From assembly GCA_036253495.1 (NCBI GenBank), contig GCA_036253495.1_4125.1: 64,000 bases of DNA; one strand, written 5' to 3'. This stretch comes from a phage. Shown one piece after another: positions 29,972 through 39,659 of this stretch (position 1 is its first letter; the number at the start of each line of letters is the position of its first letter). Made by a program: the position numbers and the translations under genes. The notes below the pieces were generated by a model that did not search any database, was not told where the DNA came from, and saw only the letters and a program-made list of their open reading frames with translations.

Positions 29972-30206
29972 ACAGTTAAAGATGTTACAATCGTTATCTG
30001 ATGATTTTGTCCAACGTGCTAAGCACAAATATATTGGTCAAGAAATTCTTCTTAAACACTCCAGAGGTTGGCAAAAAATATGCATAAGAGATATGGGAAC
30101 ATATTATGGTGATGTGCGATATTACGTAGATTGCTATGTTAATGACCAAATTGCCAATACTCAAGTTGTCACCTATGATAAAATTATATGGATTAAAGAA
30201 CAATGA
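29952..30206 (+). CDS. small protein, IG-motif paralog family
   Basis: 84 aa; AKHKYIGQEILL. Confidence 0.6.
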   Translation: MTKTEIEQLKMLQSLSDDFVQRAKHKYIGQEILLKHSRGWQKICIRDMGTYYGDVRYYVDCYVNDQIANTQVVTYDKIIWIKEQ

Positions 30207-30946
30207 AACATTTCTTAGAAGTAACAGTTCCTGATGAAAAAGATTTGTATATAGTAGGAGACATTCACGGTAATGCAAAACTATGGGAACATACCAAGAA
30301 AGAATTTGGTATTACTCCTGAAGATTATGTATTCAGTTTAGGCGATTTAATTGACAGAGGTGAGCAAAGTGCTCACCTTTTGTTTGAGTTTTTATTCGCT
30401 GAGAATCGATATATGATCATGGGCAATCATGAATCGATGTGTATTGATTCTGCAACTCATCGTGACTGGTATCATTGCTGGACACAGAATGGGGGCGATA
30501 AGTTCCTGGAAGAAGTTGGTGTATCAGGAGTGGAATTCTTCCGTCAGTACTTGAACCAGCTACCTATGATTATCCAAATCAATCACAGAGGACTCAAGAT
30601 TGGCCTCGTACATGCAAGTGTAGACCTTAAGCACACTGACTGGAATAAGTTCATTACTGGGACAAAATCAATGTCCAGTGATACAATTGAGTCATGCCTA
30701 TGGGACAGAAAGACATTTGATTTCTGTAAAGCTAACAACGTCTTTAATGCACCACGTATTGCTAACGTCGATTACGTTCTTAGTGGTCATACCGCTGTGT
30801 TTGATCCCCTAATTTATGGAAACCGTATCTGGATTGACAGTCAGTTCCTTACTGGTGATTTGACTATTGCTACCCCACAAGGTGGTAAGATGCGTTATTT
30901 GCGTAAAGAAAAAGACGAATATTCATTCAGTCGATTCAAAAGGTAA
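30203..30946 (+). CDS. serine/threonine protein phosphatase (PPP-family metallophosphatase)
   Basis: 247 aa; motifs GDIHGN, GDLIDRG, GNHE. Confidence 0.85.
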   Translation: MKHFLEVTVPDEKDLYIVGDIHGNAKLWEHTKKEFGITPEDYVFSLGDLIDRGEQSAHLLFEFLFAENRYMIMGNHESMCIDSATHRDWYHCWTQNGGDKFLEEVGVSGVEFFRQYLNQLPMIIQINHRGLKIGLVHASVDLKHTDWNKFITGTKSMSSDTIESCLWDRKTFDFCKANNVFNAPRIANVDYVLSGHTAVFDPLIYGNRIWIDSQFLTGDLTIATPQGGKMRYLRKEKDEYSFSRFKR

Positions 30947-30951
30947 TTATT

Positions 30952-31230
30952 ATGCATGACATGATTGATAGTGCATTAACCGAATTTAACTTTTTTAAAA
31001 AATCACTCGATACAATAATCAATGATACCAACCAACAAATGAAAGACCATTTAAGTGATAAATTGGTTGGTCGTTGGGTTGAGCTACCATATATAGATGG
31101 AACTACTGTTGGTGTGATTCATAGAATTGTAACAATTCATGAAGTGAAGGTGTATGTTGAAATTTTGGTTGACAATGAAACTAACAAATGTTTTGTACAA
31201 TTAAGCACTGAAGATTTAACTTTTTTATAA
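30952..31230 (+). CDS. small protein, IG-motif paralog family
   Basis: 92 aa; LSDKLVGRWVEL. Confidence 0.6.
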   Translation: MHDMIDSALTEFNFFKKSLDTIINDTNQQMKDHLSDKLVGRWVELPYIDGTTVGVIHRIVTIHEVKVYVEILVDNETNKCFVQLSTEDLTFL

Positions 31231-31239
31231 GGATATAAA

Positions 31240-31467
31240 ATGAAAGTAATTTATGTTCAGGTTGAAAAATATCAAACTGAAGATGGTCGCATTTTTGATT
31301 CAGCTAAACAAGCTGAGCATCATGAACGTATTATTTCTGGTGTTCGTCGCATTTGTCCTAAATGTAACGGAACACAACAAGTTCCCGATGAAGAATTTCG
31401 TCGCTATTATGCATGTCCAGATTGTGATGGTAAAGGATATGTAGAAAAACAAGAGGTATGGAAGTGA
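31240..31467 (+). CDS. small DnaJ-type zinc-finger protein
   Basis: 75 aa; two CxxCxGxG repeats (CPKCNGTQ, CPDCDGKG). Confidence 0.6.
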   Translation: MKVIYVQVEKYQTEDGRIFDSAKQAEHHERIISGVRRICPKCNGTQQVPDEEFRRYYACPDCDGKGYVEKQEVWK

Positions 31468-31877
31468 AACTATATTGCTTAACAAACATGTACTGTCAGG
31501 GTGTTCAGGCTGGCATTCAGGCATTTCATGCTGGTATTAAACTCGTCAAAGATTATGAAGGTTCAGTATTCAGTACTCTAATCGATGAATGGTATAATGA
31601 GCACGAAACTATTGTAATTCTCAATGCTGGCAACCAAGATAAATTAACCACTCATTACGAGAATCTATCCAAACAGGGCAAGGTTCCATTTGCTAAATTC
31701 AATGAACCAGGTTTGAACGATACCCTCACTAGTGTAGCAGTACTATGCACTGAAGAAATGATTGATGACATGGCACTGATGCGTACTAACGACCCAATGA
31801 CTGATTTACAGCTATGTCACAAATACGGTCATATGTACGAAACACTAAAAGCTATGAGTACAATGAGGACTATTTGA
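31458..31877 (+). CDS. hypothetical protein
   Basis: ORF track. Confidence 0.6.
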   Translation: MEVKLYCLTNMYCQGVQAGIQAFHAGIKLVKDYEGSVFSTLIDEWYNEHETIVILNAGNQDKLTTHYENLSKQGKVPFAKFNEPGLNDTLTSVAVLCTEEMIDDMALMRTNDPMTDLQLCHKYGHMYETLKAMSTMRTI

Positions 31878-33073
31878 TGAATTTTCCTGAAAAGATTTTC
31901 GTCGCAAGACGTTTTGTTAGTGGGGATCAGGTTGACGGATATATTATCGACGCAACTAAAATGCACACTAAAGCATTTGAAACTAAGAAAGAACGTGTTG
32001 AGTACTGGGCAAGAACCAATAATATGCCGTCACTTATACTCGACAATGAACCGAAAAAAGGTTTTGCTATTGTTCAAAAATTGATTCACAGTGGGCGTGA
32101 TACCTATTTTGTTTGTCGTCACCCAGAAGGATTTGAGTTCAATATCACTGCAAACAATATGCTGGACTTAATCACACACAATGATATCGTTAATGGTGTA
32201 TTCCAAGATGCTATGTTCTTTAATAATAATCTTGAACTCATCAATGGTAATACAAAAACATTTGCTAAGATGCAAGAGAAGCAAGAAAAAGCTGAAGAAC
32301 GTAAAAGCGTTGTTGGTGAGTTGAAAGTTGGTGATGGATTCCTTTATAACAAAAAAGAGTACTACTATTGTGGTCGCGTTCATGCTCTTTGTTTGAAGAA
32401 AACTAAAGAATTCTCTTTACCTAACAAAAGTTCTTTCTATCATATGGTGTATTGTATCGCTGATGGTACATATGGTGTATGTGCAAGCCTTGACCGATAC
32501 GAATTAACACCCAGAGCACTCCATAACGTTAAAACAACAATGGAAGCTGAAATTGTTAAAGCAAATGCGTATTTCAATACGTACCGAATGCGAACTGAGA
32601 ACGCATTAGGTGAATGCAATAGACCAGTACTGATCAGTACTAAATCATTTAAAAGTACTGATATGAAAGTAAAATACACTGAAATCACTAAAGATGTTCT
32701 TGTTAATGGTCGTTTCAATGAAAACGTATTATTCATGACTGAACAGAATGGTCAAAAATATCGTGTATTCTTTGGTATTTCAGATAACAACAGCAGAAAT
32801 TCCTATGGATATTATCGCCATGATTATTCTATAGCGTACAAGGGTGATTTTGAAAAATACTGCGGATACCCAGTGGAAGTTGATGCGAATGGTGTAATGT
32901 CAATGGATGTTGATATCGATGAACATACATCTTTCAATACATGGCGTGGTTATAATTCACCTTTCTATCCACCAACCAAACGATACAGTAATAATACATC
33001 AGAATCTAATAAAAAACCTATGGTTCATATTAGCACTGACTGTCCTATTTTTTATGGAACCTATTATCTATAA
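31877..33073 (+). CDS. hypothetical protein (398 aa)
   Basis: Track ORF 31814..33073 trimmed to ATG overlapping upstream stop (ATGA). Confidence 0.6.
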   Translation: MNFPEKIFVARRFVSGDQVDGYIIDATKMHTKAFETKKERVEYWARTNNMPSLILDNEPKKGFAIVQKLIHSGRDTYFVCRHPEGFEFNITANNMLDLITHNDIVNGVFQDAMFFNNNLELINGNTKTFAKMQEKQEKAEERKSVVGELKVGDGFLYNKKEYYYCGRVHALCLKKTKEFSLPNKSSFYHMVYCIADGTYGVCASLDRYELTPRALHNVKTTMEAEIVKANAYFNTYRMRTENALGECNRPVLISTKSFKSTDMKVKYTEITKDVLVNGRFNENVLFMTEQNGQKYRVFFGISDNNSRNSYGYYRHDYSIAYKGDFEKYCGYPVEVDANGVMSMDVDIDEHTSFNTWRGYNSPFYPPTKRYSNNTSESNKKPMVHISTDCPIFYGTYYL

Positions 33074-33082
33074 GGGAATATA

Positions 33083-34501
33083 ATGAGCATTTTAGCAATT
33101 CTGGAACAAATCAAAAAGACTTCAAGTACACTTGGTAAGAAAGCAATCCTTGAAGAAAACAAAAACAATGAAACACTCAAAAAAGTACTGAAATATACGC
33201 TAGACCCTACTATCGTAAGTGGCTATAAGAAGCTACCAGACGCTACTGACGTGTATCAACATATGACGTTAGATGAAGCTATTGATAAGCTAGAATGCAT
33301 CTATAAGCGTGGTGTGACGGGTAATACAGGGCGTGATTTCATTGCTTCAGTACTAGGTTCTGTTTCCGACGATGACCAGGAAGTTCTCCGTAAAATGCTC
33401 ACGAAGAACCTTGATTGTGGTATTCAGGAAAAGAACTGTAATGATGTATTCGGTAAAGGCTTCATTAAAGATGAACCTTATATGCGTTGTTCATTGATTG
33501 ACAAGAAAACTGCTAAGAACATCAACTTCAAAGATTATGGTTATGCAGTCGCTGAGCATAAATTAGATGGGATGTATATGAACCACGTTGTTATCAATGC
33601 ATCATTAACATCCACTTCCCGTAATGGTAAGATTTATGACTTCCTCGGTTGTCGTGATGCTGAAATGGCTGGCCTTGCTCATCATATCCAAAGTACAGAT
33701 GAACGTTTCAGTAGTGGTGTAGTCTTTATGGGTGAGGGTTTAGTACTGGATACTGATGGGGAAACTATTCTTCCACGTACAACTGGTAACGGCATCATTC
33801 AGAAAGCTGGTAAGGATACTATCACCCAAAACGAAGCAATGCGTACTGTATTTGTACTATGGGATGTAGTGCCATACGATGCATATTGTGATGGTATCTG
33901 GGATGTAAAACGTAAGGAACGTCGCGAGATTCTCGAAGGTGCAATCAATGCATTAGGTAGTGAATTCGTGCGTATGGTTGGATATCGTAAGGTGAAGGAT
34001 CTCAAAGAAGCCTTTGCTTACAACTCTGAACTCATGAGTTCAGGTGAAGAAGGTTCAGTACTGAAATGTGAAGATGGTATCTGGAAATCTCATACTTCTC
34101 CTAAGCAGTTGAAAATGAAATTGAAAATGCAACTGGACTTGCGTATTGTTGGTTTCAATGAAGGTGAAGGTAAGCGTAAAGGTATGCTTGGTTCTTTACA
34201 ACTCGAAAGTGCTTGTGGTACACTGAAAGTAAGTGTTGGAACAGGCATTAAAGAGAAAGACGCTGAATGGACATTTAAAACCATTTGGGAAAGAATGCAA
34301 GAACTCATTGGCAAAGTTGTTACAATAGAGTGCAATGACGTAGTATATGATAAGCGTACTGGTGAGCCATCACTATTTTTACCAGTGTTTATTGAATTTA
34401 GATTTGACAAAAACACGTGTGACGATTATACTCGTATTTTAGAAATTCGCGAGAGTGCAGTTGAAGTGTTCTCTAACAGTATTATTGAATCAATTTCGTA
34501 A
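33083..34501 (+). CDS. ATP-dependent DNA ligase (T4 gp30-like)
   Basis: 472 aa; ligase motif I KxDG (AEHKLDGMY); N terminus ILEQIKKTSSTLGKKAILEENKNNE resembles T4 DNA ligase. Confidence 0.85.
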   Translation: MSILAILEQIKKTSSTLGKKAILEENKNNETLKKVLKYTLDPTIVSGYKKLPDATDVYQHMTLDEAIDKLECIYKRGVTGNTGRDFIASVLGSVSDDDQEVLRKMLTKNLDCGIQEKNCNDVFGKGFIKDEPYMRCSLIDKKTAKNINFKDYGYAVAEHKLDGMYMNHVVINASLTSTSRNGKIYDFLGCRDAEMAGLAHHIQSTDERFSSGVVFMGEGLVLDTDGETILPRTTGNGIIQKAGKDTITQNEAMRTVFVLWDVVPYDAYCDGIWDVKRKERREILEGAINALGSEFVRMVGYRKVKDLKEAFAYNSELMSSGEEGSVLKCEDGIWKSHTSPKQLKMKLKMQLDLRIVGFNEGEGKRKGMLGSLQLESACGTLKVSVGTGIKEKDAEWTFKTIWERMQELIGKVVTIECNDVVYDKRTGEPSLFLPVFIEFRFDKNTCDDYTRILEIRESAVEVFSNSIIESIS

Positions 34502-34515
34502 CGGATGATAATATC

Positions 34516-35592
34516 ATGATTGACAATGCTATTATACAAAGTGTGAATTTATTTTTATCAAGTGATGCATTGTCAATCTCTAATACTATTTGGAAAGAGA
34601 AATACAAATGGCTTCCAGAAAATTTTAGTTTTGATATGCTGGAAACTGATTCGTATAGTGAAAATAATAACAATATTCATGGTTTTGTCCGAACTGGTAA
34701 AAATGGATATACAAAAATGTATTTTCATAGTTGTGATGTTTGTAAACAAGATTCGTCATTGCACGGTCTTGGTATTTTCGCATCTGTACGAAGTAATTTG
34801 GAAAAAGGTATAGTTGCATGTGATTGTTCCATAACTTCAAAACTAACAAAATATCAATATATTGCTAAAATTTATAAAAAATGTTTGGAACTTGGATACG
34901 AATTTATTGGATTTAATGAGGATTGGGAATCAACACAGCCAAAAGGACTAATCCATCTAAAATTATCATGTAATATTCATGGATTATGGAATACAACAAC
35001 AATTGATAATTTACTGTTCCACTCTAAAGGTTGTAAGGAATGTGGGAGACGTAAAATCAGCCAAGCTAGAACAATTGGAGATGAATTCCATATAAATGAG
35101 TTTTTCAAAACAGGTAAATTTAGTAAAGGTAGTAAGTTTTGGCGTTCTGACCGTTTGAATACTTATGGTTACAAGAATTATTGGTTTTATGAATGTTCAG
35201 TATGTCATATGGTAGTTGAATCACAGATTGGTAACCTAAAGGATGGAAAAGTACCATGTTTATGTAATGGAAACATCCAACAACAATGCTATATAAATTT
35301 AGTACTTGACAATAATATTCCAATTGCATTAAAATATGGTATAGCAAACAACTTCACAACGAGAGAAAAATCTCAAAATAAGCATTCAATCTATGATATT
35401 GTAAACAGTGGTGTTTGGGAATTTGAAACAGTATCATTGTGTAAATCAGCAGAAGCGGAATGTAAGAGAATTTTCTCACCAGTACTTGAAGCTCGTGAAA
35501 TGAAAGATGGATATACGGAAACTACATCACCATTAGATATTGACAAAATCATTGAAATATATGAGAATTGGGGTGGTGTGCGAATAAAATAA
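34516..35592 (+). CDS. Cys-rich hypothetical protein
   Basis: 358 aa; several Cys pairs (CDVC, CKEC, CSVC); no confident family assignment. Confidence 0.6.
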   Translation: MIDNAIIQSVNLFLSSDALSISNTIWKEKYKWLPENFSFDMLETDSYSENNNNIHGFVRTGKNGYTKMYFHSCDVCKQDSSLHGLGIFASVRSNLEKGIVACDCSITSKLTKYQYIAKIYKKCLELGYEFIGFNEDWESTQPKGLIHLKLSCNIHGLWNTTTIDNLLFHSKGCKECGRRKISQARTIGDEFHINEFFKTGKFSKGSKFWRSDRLNTYGYKNYWFYECSVCHMVVESQIGNLKDGKVPCLCNGNIQQQCYINLVLDNNIPIALKYGIANNFTTREKSQNKHSIYDIVNSGVWEFETVSLCKSAEAECKRIFSPVLEAREMKDGYTETTSPLDIDKIIEIYENWGGVRIK

Positions 35593-35604
35593 CTGGAGGT
35601 GATT

Positions 35605-36396
35605 ATGAAATTTGTTGTAACGTCAGACGTACACGGTGGCACTGATTACCTCCATAGTGGTGATTACAGTGATACAGTACTGATCATTGCAGGGGACTTT
35701 GATGAAGCTAAACGCAGTCGTTATCGTACTGGTATCGAATCCCTGTGCAAGCAGTTCAAGAATGTAGTACTGGTTCCTGGCAACCACGAGTACTACGGTT
35801 CAAACATTCACAAGACTAATAAAGTTCTGTCCGATATGCAAGATGAGATTCCAAATTTCATCTTTTTGCAAAACAAATTTGTATGGCTGGATGGTGTCCT
35901 GCTCGTTGGTAGTACTCTGTGGACAGACTTTGACAAAGGTAATTCCATGACGAAGTTTGATGCTCGTCAGAAGATGAACGATTACAAACATATTCGTCAT
36001 GGAACAACATCCGAGCCTTGGCGTAAGAAACTGACACCCGAAGATACTGAGTTCATGCATCACAAAGATAAACAATTTATCAAAAATTCAGTTGACACAG
36101 TACGCTTAATGCAGGATAATGATTTCAAGGTCATCGTGATTACCCATCACGCACCGAGTTTTCAAAGTGTTTCGCCAAAATATAAAAACGATTCACTGAA
36201 TGGTTGTTACTGTTCAGACATGGATCAGTACATTGAAGATTTGGGTGCTGATGTTTGGATTCATGGTCATGTTCATAGTAGCTTTGATTACCACATCGGT
36301 AAGACACGTATCATTTGTAATCCAAGAGGTTACGAATCTTATAGTGGAGCTTGTGAGAATTTCGATTACAATCCCAAATTGGTATTCGAAATCTAA
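35605..36396 (+). CDS. calcineurin-like metallophosphoesterase
   Basis: Track ORF trimmed to ATG with GGAGG RBS; motifs SDVHGG, AGDFDE, GNHEYYG, GHVHSS. Confidence 0.8.
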   Translation: MKFVVTSDVHGGTDYLHSGDYSDTVLIIAGDFDEAKRSRYRTGIESLCKQFKNVVLVPGNHEYYGSNIHKTNKVLSDMQDEIPNFIFLQNKFVWLDGVLLVGSTLWTDFDKGNSMTKFDARQKMNDYKHIRHGTTSEPWRKKLTPEDTEFMHHKDKQFIKNSVDTVRLMQDNDFKVIVITHHAPSFQSVSPKYKNDSLNGCYCSDMDQYIEDLGADVWIHGHVHSSFDYHIGKTRIICNPRGYESYSGACENFDYNPKLVFEI

Positions 36397-36404
36397 GGAT
36401 TACT

Positions 36405-36800
36405 ATGATATATACATTGCATACAAAAGACAAAATGATCGTAATCAATGGAAGTACTCGTATGTTCCAAAGATATGGTATGCGTCTAGTGACTTATTGT
36501 GATAAAGTTCAATTCTATGATGATAAGAAAGGAATCAATTCAGTACTGAAAGATAGGTATCACTATAGTCGTGATATCCAGAGAGCAGATGATTTGGATT
36601 CTTTTAGTGGTAAAGTGTACGTTGTTGTTTGTGATGATAGTAAAGGTGATGTGTTACCTTTCAGTACTTTTGCATGTAATATGTTCTTTAGAAATGAACT
36701 CCCTGATTCATTCAGAATGATTGAGGTTGATTTTGATACCATACCGTGTGGAATTCGTTTAGAATTTCTTAACGCACTGGTATCAATTAGGGAGTACTGA
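36405..36800 (+). CDS. hypothetical protein
   Basis: ORF track; AAGGA RBS. Confidence 0.65.
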   Translation: MIYTLHTKDKMIVINGSTRMFQRYGMRLVTYCDKVQFYDDKKGINSVLKDRYHYSRDIQRADDLDSFSGKVYVVVCDDSKGDVLPFSTFACNMFFRNELPDSFRMIEVDFDTIPCGIRLEFLNALVSIREY

Positions 36801-37183
36801 TGAAACTTATTACTGTGTACACAATTGTATATAATAACGAAATCAAGTACGTGTTAAATGCAAACTTACACCACACTAGAGGTGAAACAAAGTTACAACA
36901 GAACAGTACAGAAATCTCTCACTACTGGCTGGATGATGATTCAGTTGAAGTGTATATTGATGGTCGTGCTGAATACTATGATGCAGTTTTCTTTGAAGAT
37001 TTAGATAAATCGAACGAATTCTTCATTTATGTCAGTACTGACCAATATTATACGCATTCTTTGTTTGACATTACCAACACTTCTGTGTATGATACAGGTA
37101 TGGTTAGGTTACTGAAGATAGACCCAACTCTGTACAACAAAGAAACAATTTACGGTTTACTAGATTTTACAAGAAAATTGTAG
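36800..37183 (+). CDS. hypothetical protein
   Basis: ORF track; ATGA overlap. Confidence 0.65.
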   Translation: MKLITVYTIVYNNEIKYVLNANLHHTRGETKLQQNSTEISHYWLDDDSVEVYIDGRAEYYDAVFFEDLDKSNEFFIYVSTDQYYTHSLFDITNTSVYDTGMVRLLKIDPTLYNKETIYGLLDFTRKL

Positions 37184-37208
37184 ACAAATACGAACACTGT
37201 GATATAAT
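37181..37208 (+). promoter_or_regulatory. sigma70-like early promoter (TAGACA-16-TGnTATAAT)
   Basis: TAGACA, 16 nt spacer, GTGATATAAT; about 36 nt upstream of the ClpP-like gene. Confidence 0.5.
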
Positions 37209-37243
37209 ACTCACATCAATGAAACAATAGAGGAAAATATACA

Positions 37244-37939
37244 ATGACTCAACAATTTATGTTTGGTGGTTATGCGAATGGTGAAACAACTAACATTTCA
37301 ATTCCATATGTAGTTGAAAAAGTTAATGGCAACGAACGTACTTATGATCTAGCATCTCGTATGATGCAAGACCGTATCATTTTCCTTGATACTGATTTCA
37401 ACGACCAGATGGCACATATCATCAAGCAACAATTGGTGTGGTTGGATTCTCAAGGTTCTGAACCAATTACTCTTTATATTTCCTCGCCGGGTGGTAGTGT
37501 TCATGCAGGTTTGGGTATTTCTGATATTGCTAAATCTTGTGTATCACCAATCCGCACAGTAGTGATGGGTTATGCAGCATCAATGGGTTGCTACACACAA
37601 TCAGTAGTTGGTACTAAAGGTTATCGTCTTGGTGGTAAACGCTCGTACTTTATGTGTCACCAAGTAAGTTCTGGTACACAAGGTCTGATCACTGATCAGA
37701 AAATTGCACTAAAACACTCTGATGCATTGAACACATTGCTGACGAAAGAAATCGCTGAAGCTGTAGGTGTTTCTCATGAAAAACTACTAGAAGATGCGGA
37801 CCGCGATTTGTGGTTGAGTGCAGATGAAGCACTTGAGTATGGTGAACTTGGATTTATCGATGGTATTATCCTTGGTCCACGTAATGAAAAAGGTCAATAC
37901 CTAGTTAAACGTCGCGGTGGCGTGGAAGAGTGGGTATAA
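37244..37939 (+). CDS. clpP: ClpP-family serine peptidase
   Basis: 231 aa; ClpP signature blocks ISSPGGSV.AGLGI and MGYAASMG (catalytic Ser), His in MCHQ, Asp in DADRDLW. Confidence 0.85.
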   Translation: MTQQFMFGGYANGETTNISIPYVVEKVNGNERTYDLASRMMQDRIIFLDTDFNDQMAHIIKQQLVWLDSQGSEPITLYISSPGGSVHAGLGISDIAKSCVSPIRTVVMGYAASMGCYTQSVVGTKGYRLGGKRSYFMCHQVSSGTQGLITDQKIALKHSDALNTLLTKEIAEAVGVSHEKLLEDADRDLWLSADEALEYGELGFIDGIILGPRNEKGQYLVKRRGGVEEWV

Positions 37940-37965
37940 TTCAGTACTAAAACTTAAAATATATT

Positions 37966-37990
37966 ATGCCTCACTATGTGGGGCATTTTC
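37966..37990 (+). terminator. rho-independent terminator
   Basis: Hairpin tgcctca/tggggca followed by TTTTC. Confidence 0.55.
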
Positions 37991-38002
37991 TAAGGAGTTA
38001 AA

Positions 38003-38296
38003 ATGTCAAAGAAACTTGTACGAAACTCTAGCACTGAAGAAGTTGAAATTCTTGATGATTCGGAATTCATCAGTACTGCACTAGAGCAGATCAGTACTCA
38101 AGCGTTAGCACTAAAAGACATTAAAGAATCAGAAGACCTACTGGTTGGTATGGCTGAAATTCTTGAATTGATGCAAGAAGTTCTTATGAAGAACAATATT
38201 AAACCAATTGATGCGGTGCAATATGCTGCAAATTTGCGAGCCGAACACGGTTCATTCAACGAGAAAAAAGCTGTCAGCACAGAAGATAAGGAATAA
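38003..38296 (+). CDS. hypothetical acidic protein
   Basis: ORF track; AGGAG RBS. Confidence 0.65.
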   Translation: MSKKLVRNSSTEEVEILDDSEFISTALEQISTQALALKDIKESEDLLVGMAEILELMQEVLMKNNIKPIDAVQYAANLRAEHGSFNEKKAVSTEDKE

Positions 38297-38300
38297 TACA

Positions 38301-38747
38301 ATGGCTAATGAACAACACAAAGAAGGTTATGACGCGTTTAAAAACAAAGTAGTTTTTAACAATGAACAGCTAAAATCACAGCACCCACTATTCCGTCAAG
38401 GCTATCGTGCTGCACAAGCTGACGCAATGAAGAAAAACAATGTAACCTTCCCAACTACATTGTTTGATATTCCTAAACGTCCTGAAGTGTTTAAGGCTGA
38501 TTGGACTGATATTATGGCAGCAACTAAACGACCACGTTTTGCAAAACTACATACCGACGAAGGTAAATGGCTGCTAATGGGTATCATGAAAGCTGTTGAA
38601 AAACGTGCACATACTATTGTCCGTTATCGTGATGTTGTTACTATGGTAGATGAAGCATTTGATATTGTACTTCAGTACGGCTACGATGAAGGTGTATTAA
38701 CTGTTGAAGATTGTCAACAATATAACTATACACCGACCGAAAAGTGA
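38301..38747 (+). CDS. hypothetical protein
   Basis: Track ORF 38208..38747 trimmed to ATG with AAGGA RBS. Confidence 0.65.
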   Translation: MANEQHKEGYDAFKNKVVFNNEQLKSQHPLFRQGYRAAQADAMKKNNVTFPTTLFDIPKRPEVFKADWTDIMAATKRPRFAKLHTDEGKWLLMGIMKAVEKRAHTIVRYRDVVTMVDEAFDIVLQYGYDEGVLTVEDCQQYNYTPTEK

Positions 38748-38757
38748 TTAAATAAAT

Positions 38758-38780
38758 GGGAGTCATTGTACTCCCTTTTC
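38758..38780 (+). terminator. rho-independent terminator
   Basis: Hairpin gggagt/actccc followed by TTTTC. Confidence 0.6.
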
Positions 38781-38795
38781 GCATAGGTAAATTAT

Positions 38796-39149
38796 ATGAG
38801 TAAAGTTTACATTTCTGTTGATATGGATTATTCATCTGATCCTATATGGACTTCTAAAACAGGAGACTATTGGATTAATGATGATCTTGATGGATACAAA
38901 AAACTTTTTAGTGCAGGTTTAATGCATAGCTTGTATGTTTACCAGCAAATTTGGGAGGCATCCAATTGGAGTTCATATCTGTCACCATCGGATATGATAA
39001 ATGTGGAAGCACCTGGGATGTTTATGATCCAACAAGCATCACATATATTAAGTCAAGCTTGTGCAGTACAAATAAAGAAGGAGTTTCCTGACTGGCACGT
39101 CTTTTATTGGTGCGACGCAAGTAACACTAGGAAGGAGGTAATACTTTAA
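38796..39149 (+). CDS. hypothetical protein
   Basis: ORF track. Confidence 0.65.
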   Translation: MSKVYISVDMDYSSDPIWTSKTGDYWINDDLDGYKKLFSAGLMHSLYVYQQIWEASNWSSYLSPSDMINVEAPGMFMIQQASHILSQACAVQIKKEFPDWHVFYWCDASNTRKEVIL

Positions 39150-39658
39150 TGATCTTTAAAATCACTAAAGAAAGCAGTATTGAGTTCTCAAAAAATATGT
39201 TTTTAATAAATGAGTACGCAAAAAATATCAGTACTGAAGCAATAGAAATAACCAAGAAATGGTACGATAATTATTTGAATACAAGAAAATGGTATCATAA
39301 AATTAATGATTACCAGTGGTTTCTTACTACTATAACTGAGGGAGATGGACTAGTATTAAGATATAATTGTATGAATTTTAATTACATTGGACTTGATTTC
39401 AATTCAACAATTGTTGGTATGGATATTAAAAAAATTAGAAAATTAACATCAATCAATACTAAGGAAATATATGAAGAATCGGGTAAAGTTTGGGAAGCTG
39501 TAACATTTATGATTAAGCACTCGTCATTTATGTATAGAAATTATGATATTAGTATGGATTTACAAGGTCGTAATATCCCATATACTTTAGATGAAAAACA
39601 ATATCATCACATGAAAATGTGTGAAGAGATGGTTGAATCTTTAAAATTAAAGGAGTGA
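39149..39658 (+). CDS. hypothetical protein
   Basis: ORF track; ATGA overlap. Confidence 0.65.
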   Translation: MIFKITKESSIEFSKNMFLINEYAKNISTEAIEITKKWYDNYLNTRKWYHKINDYQWFLTTITEGDGLVLRYNCMNFNYIGLDFNSTIVGMDIKKIRKLTSINTKEIYEESGKVWEAVTFMIKHSSFMYRNYDISMDLQGRNIPYTLDEKQYHHMKMCEEMVESLKLKE

Positions 39659-39659
39659 T

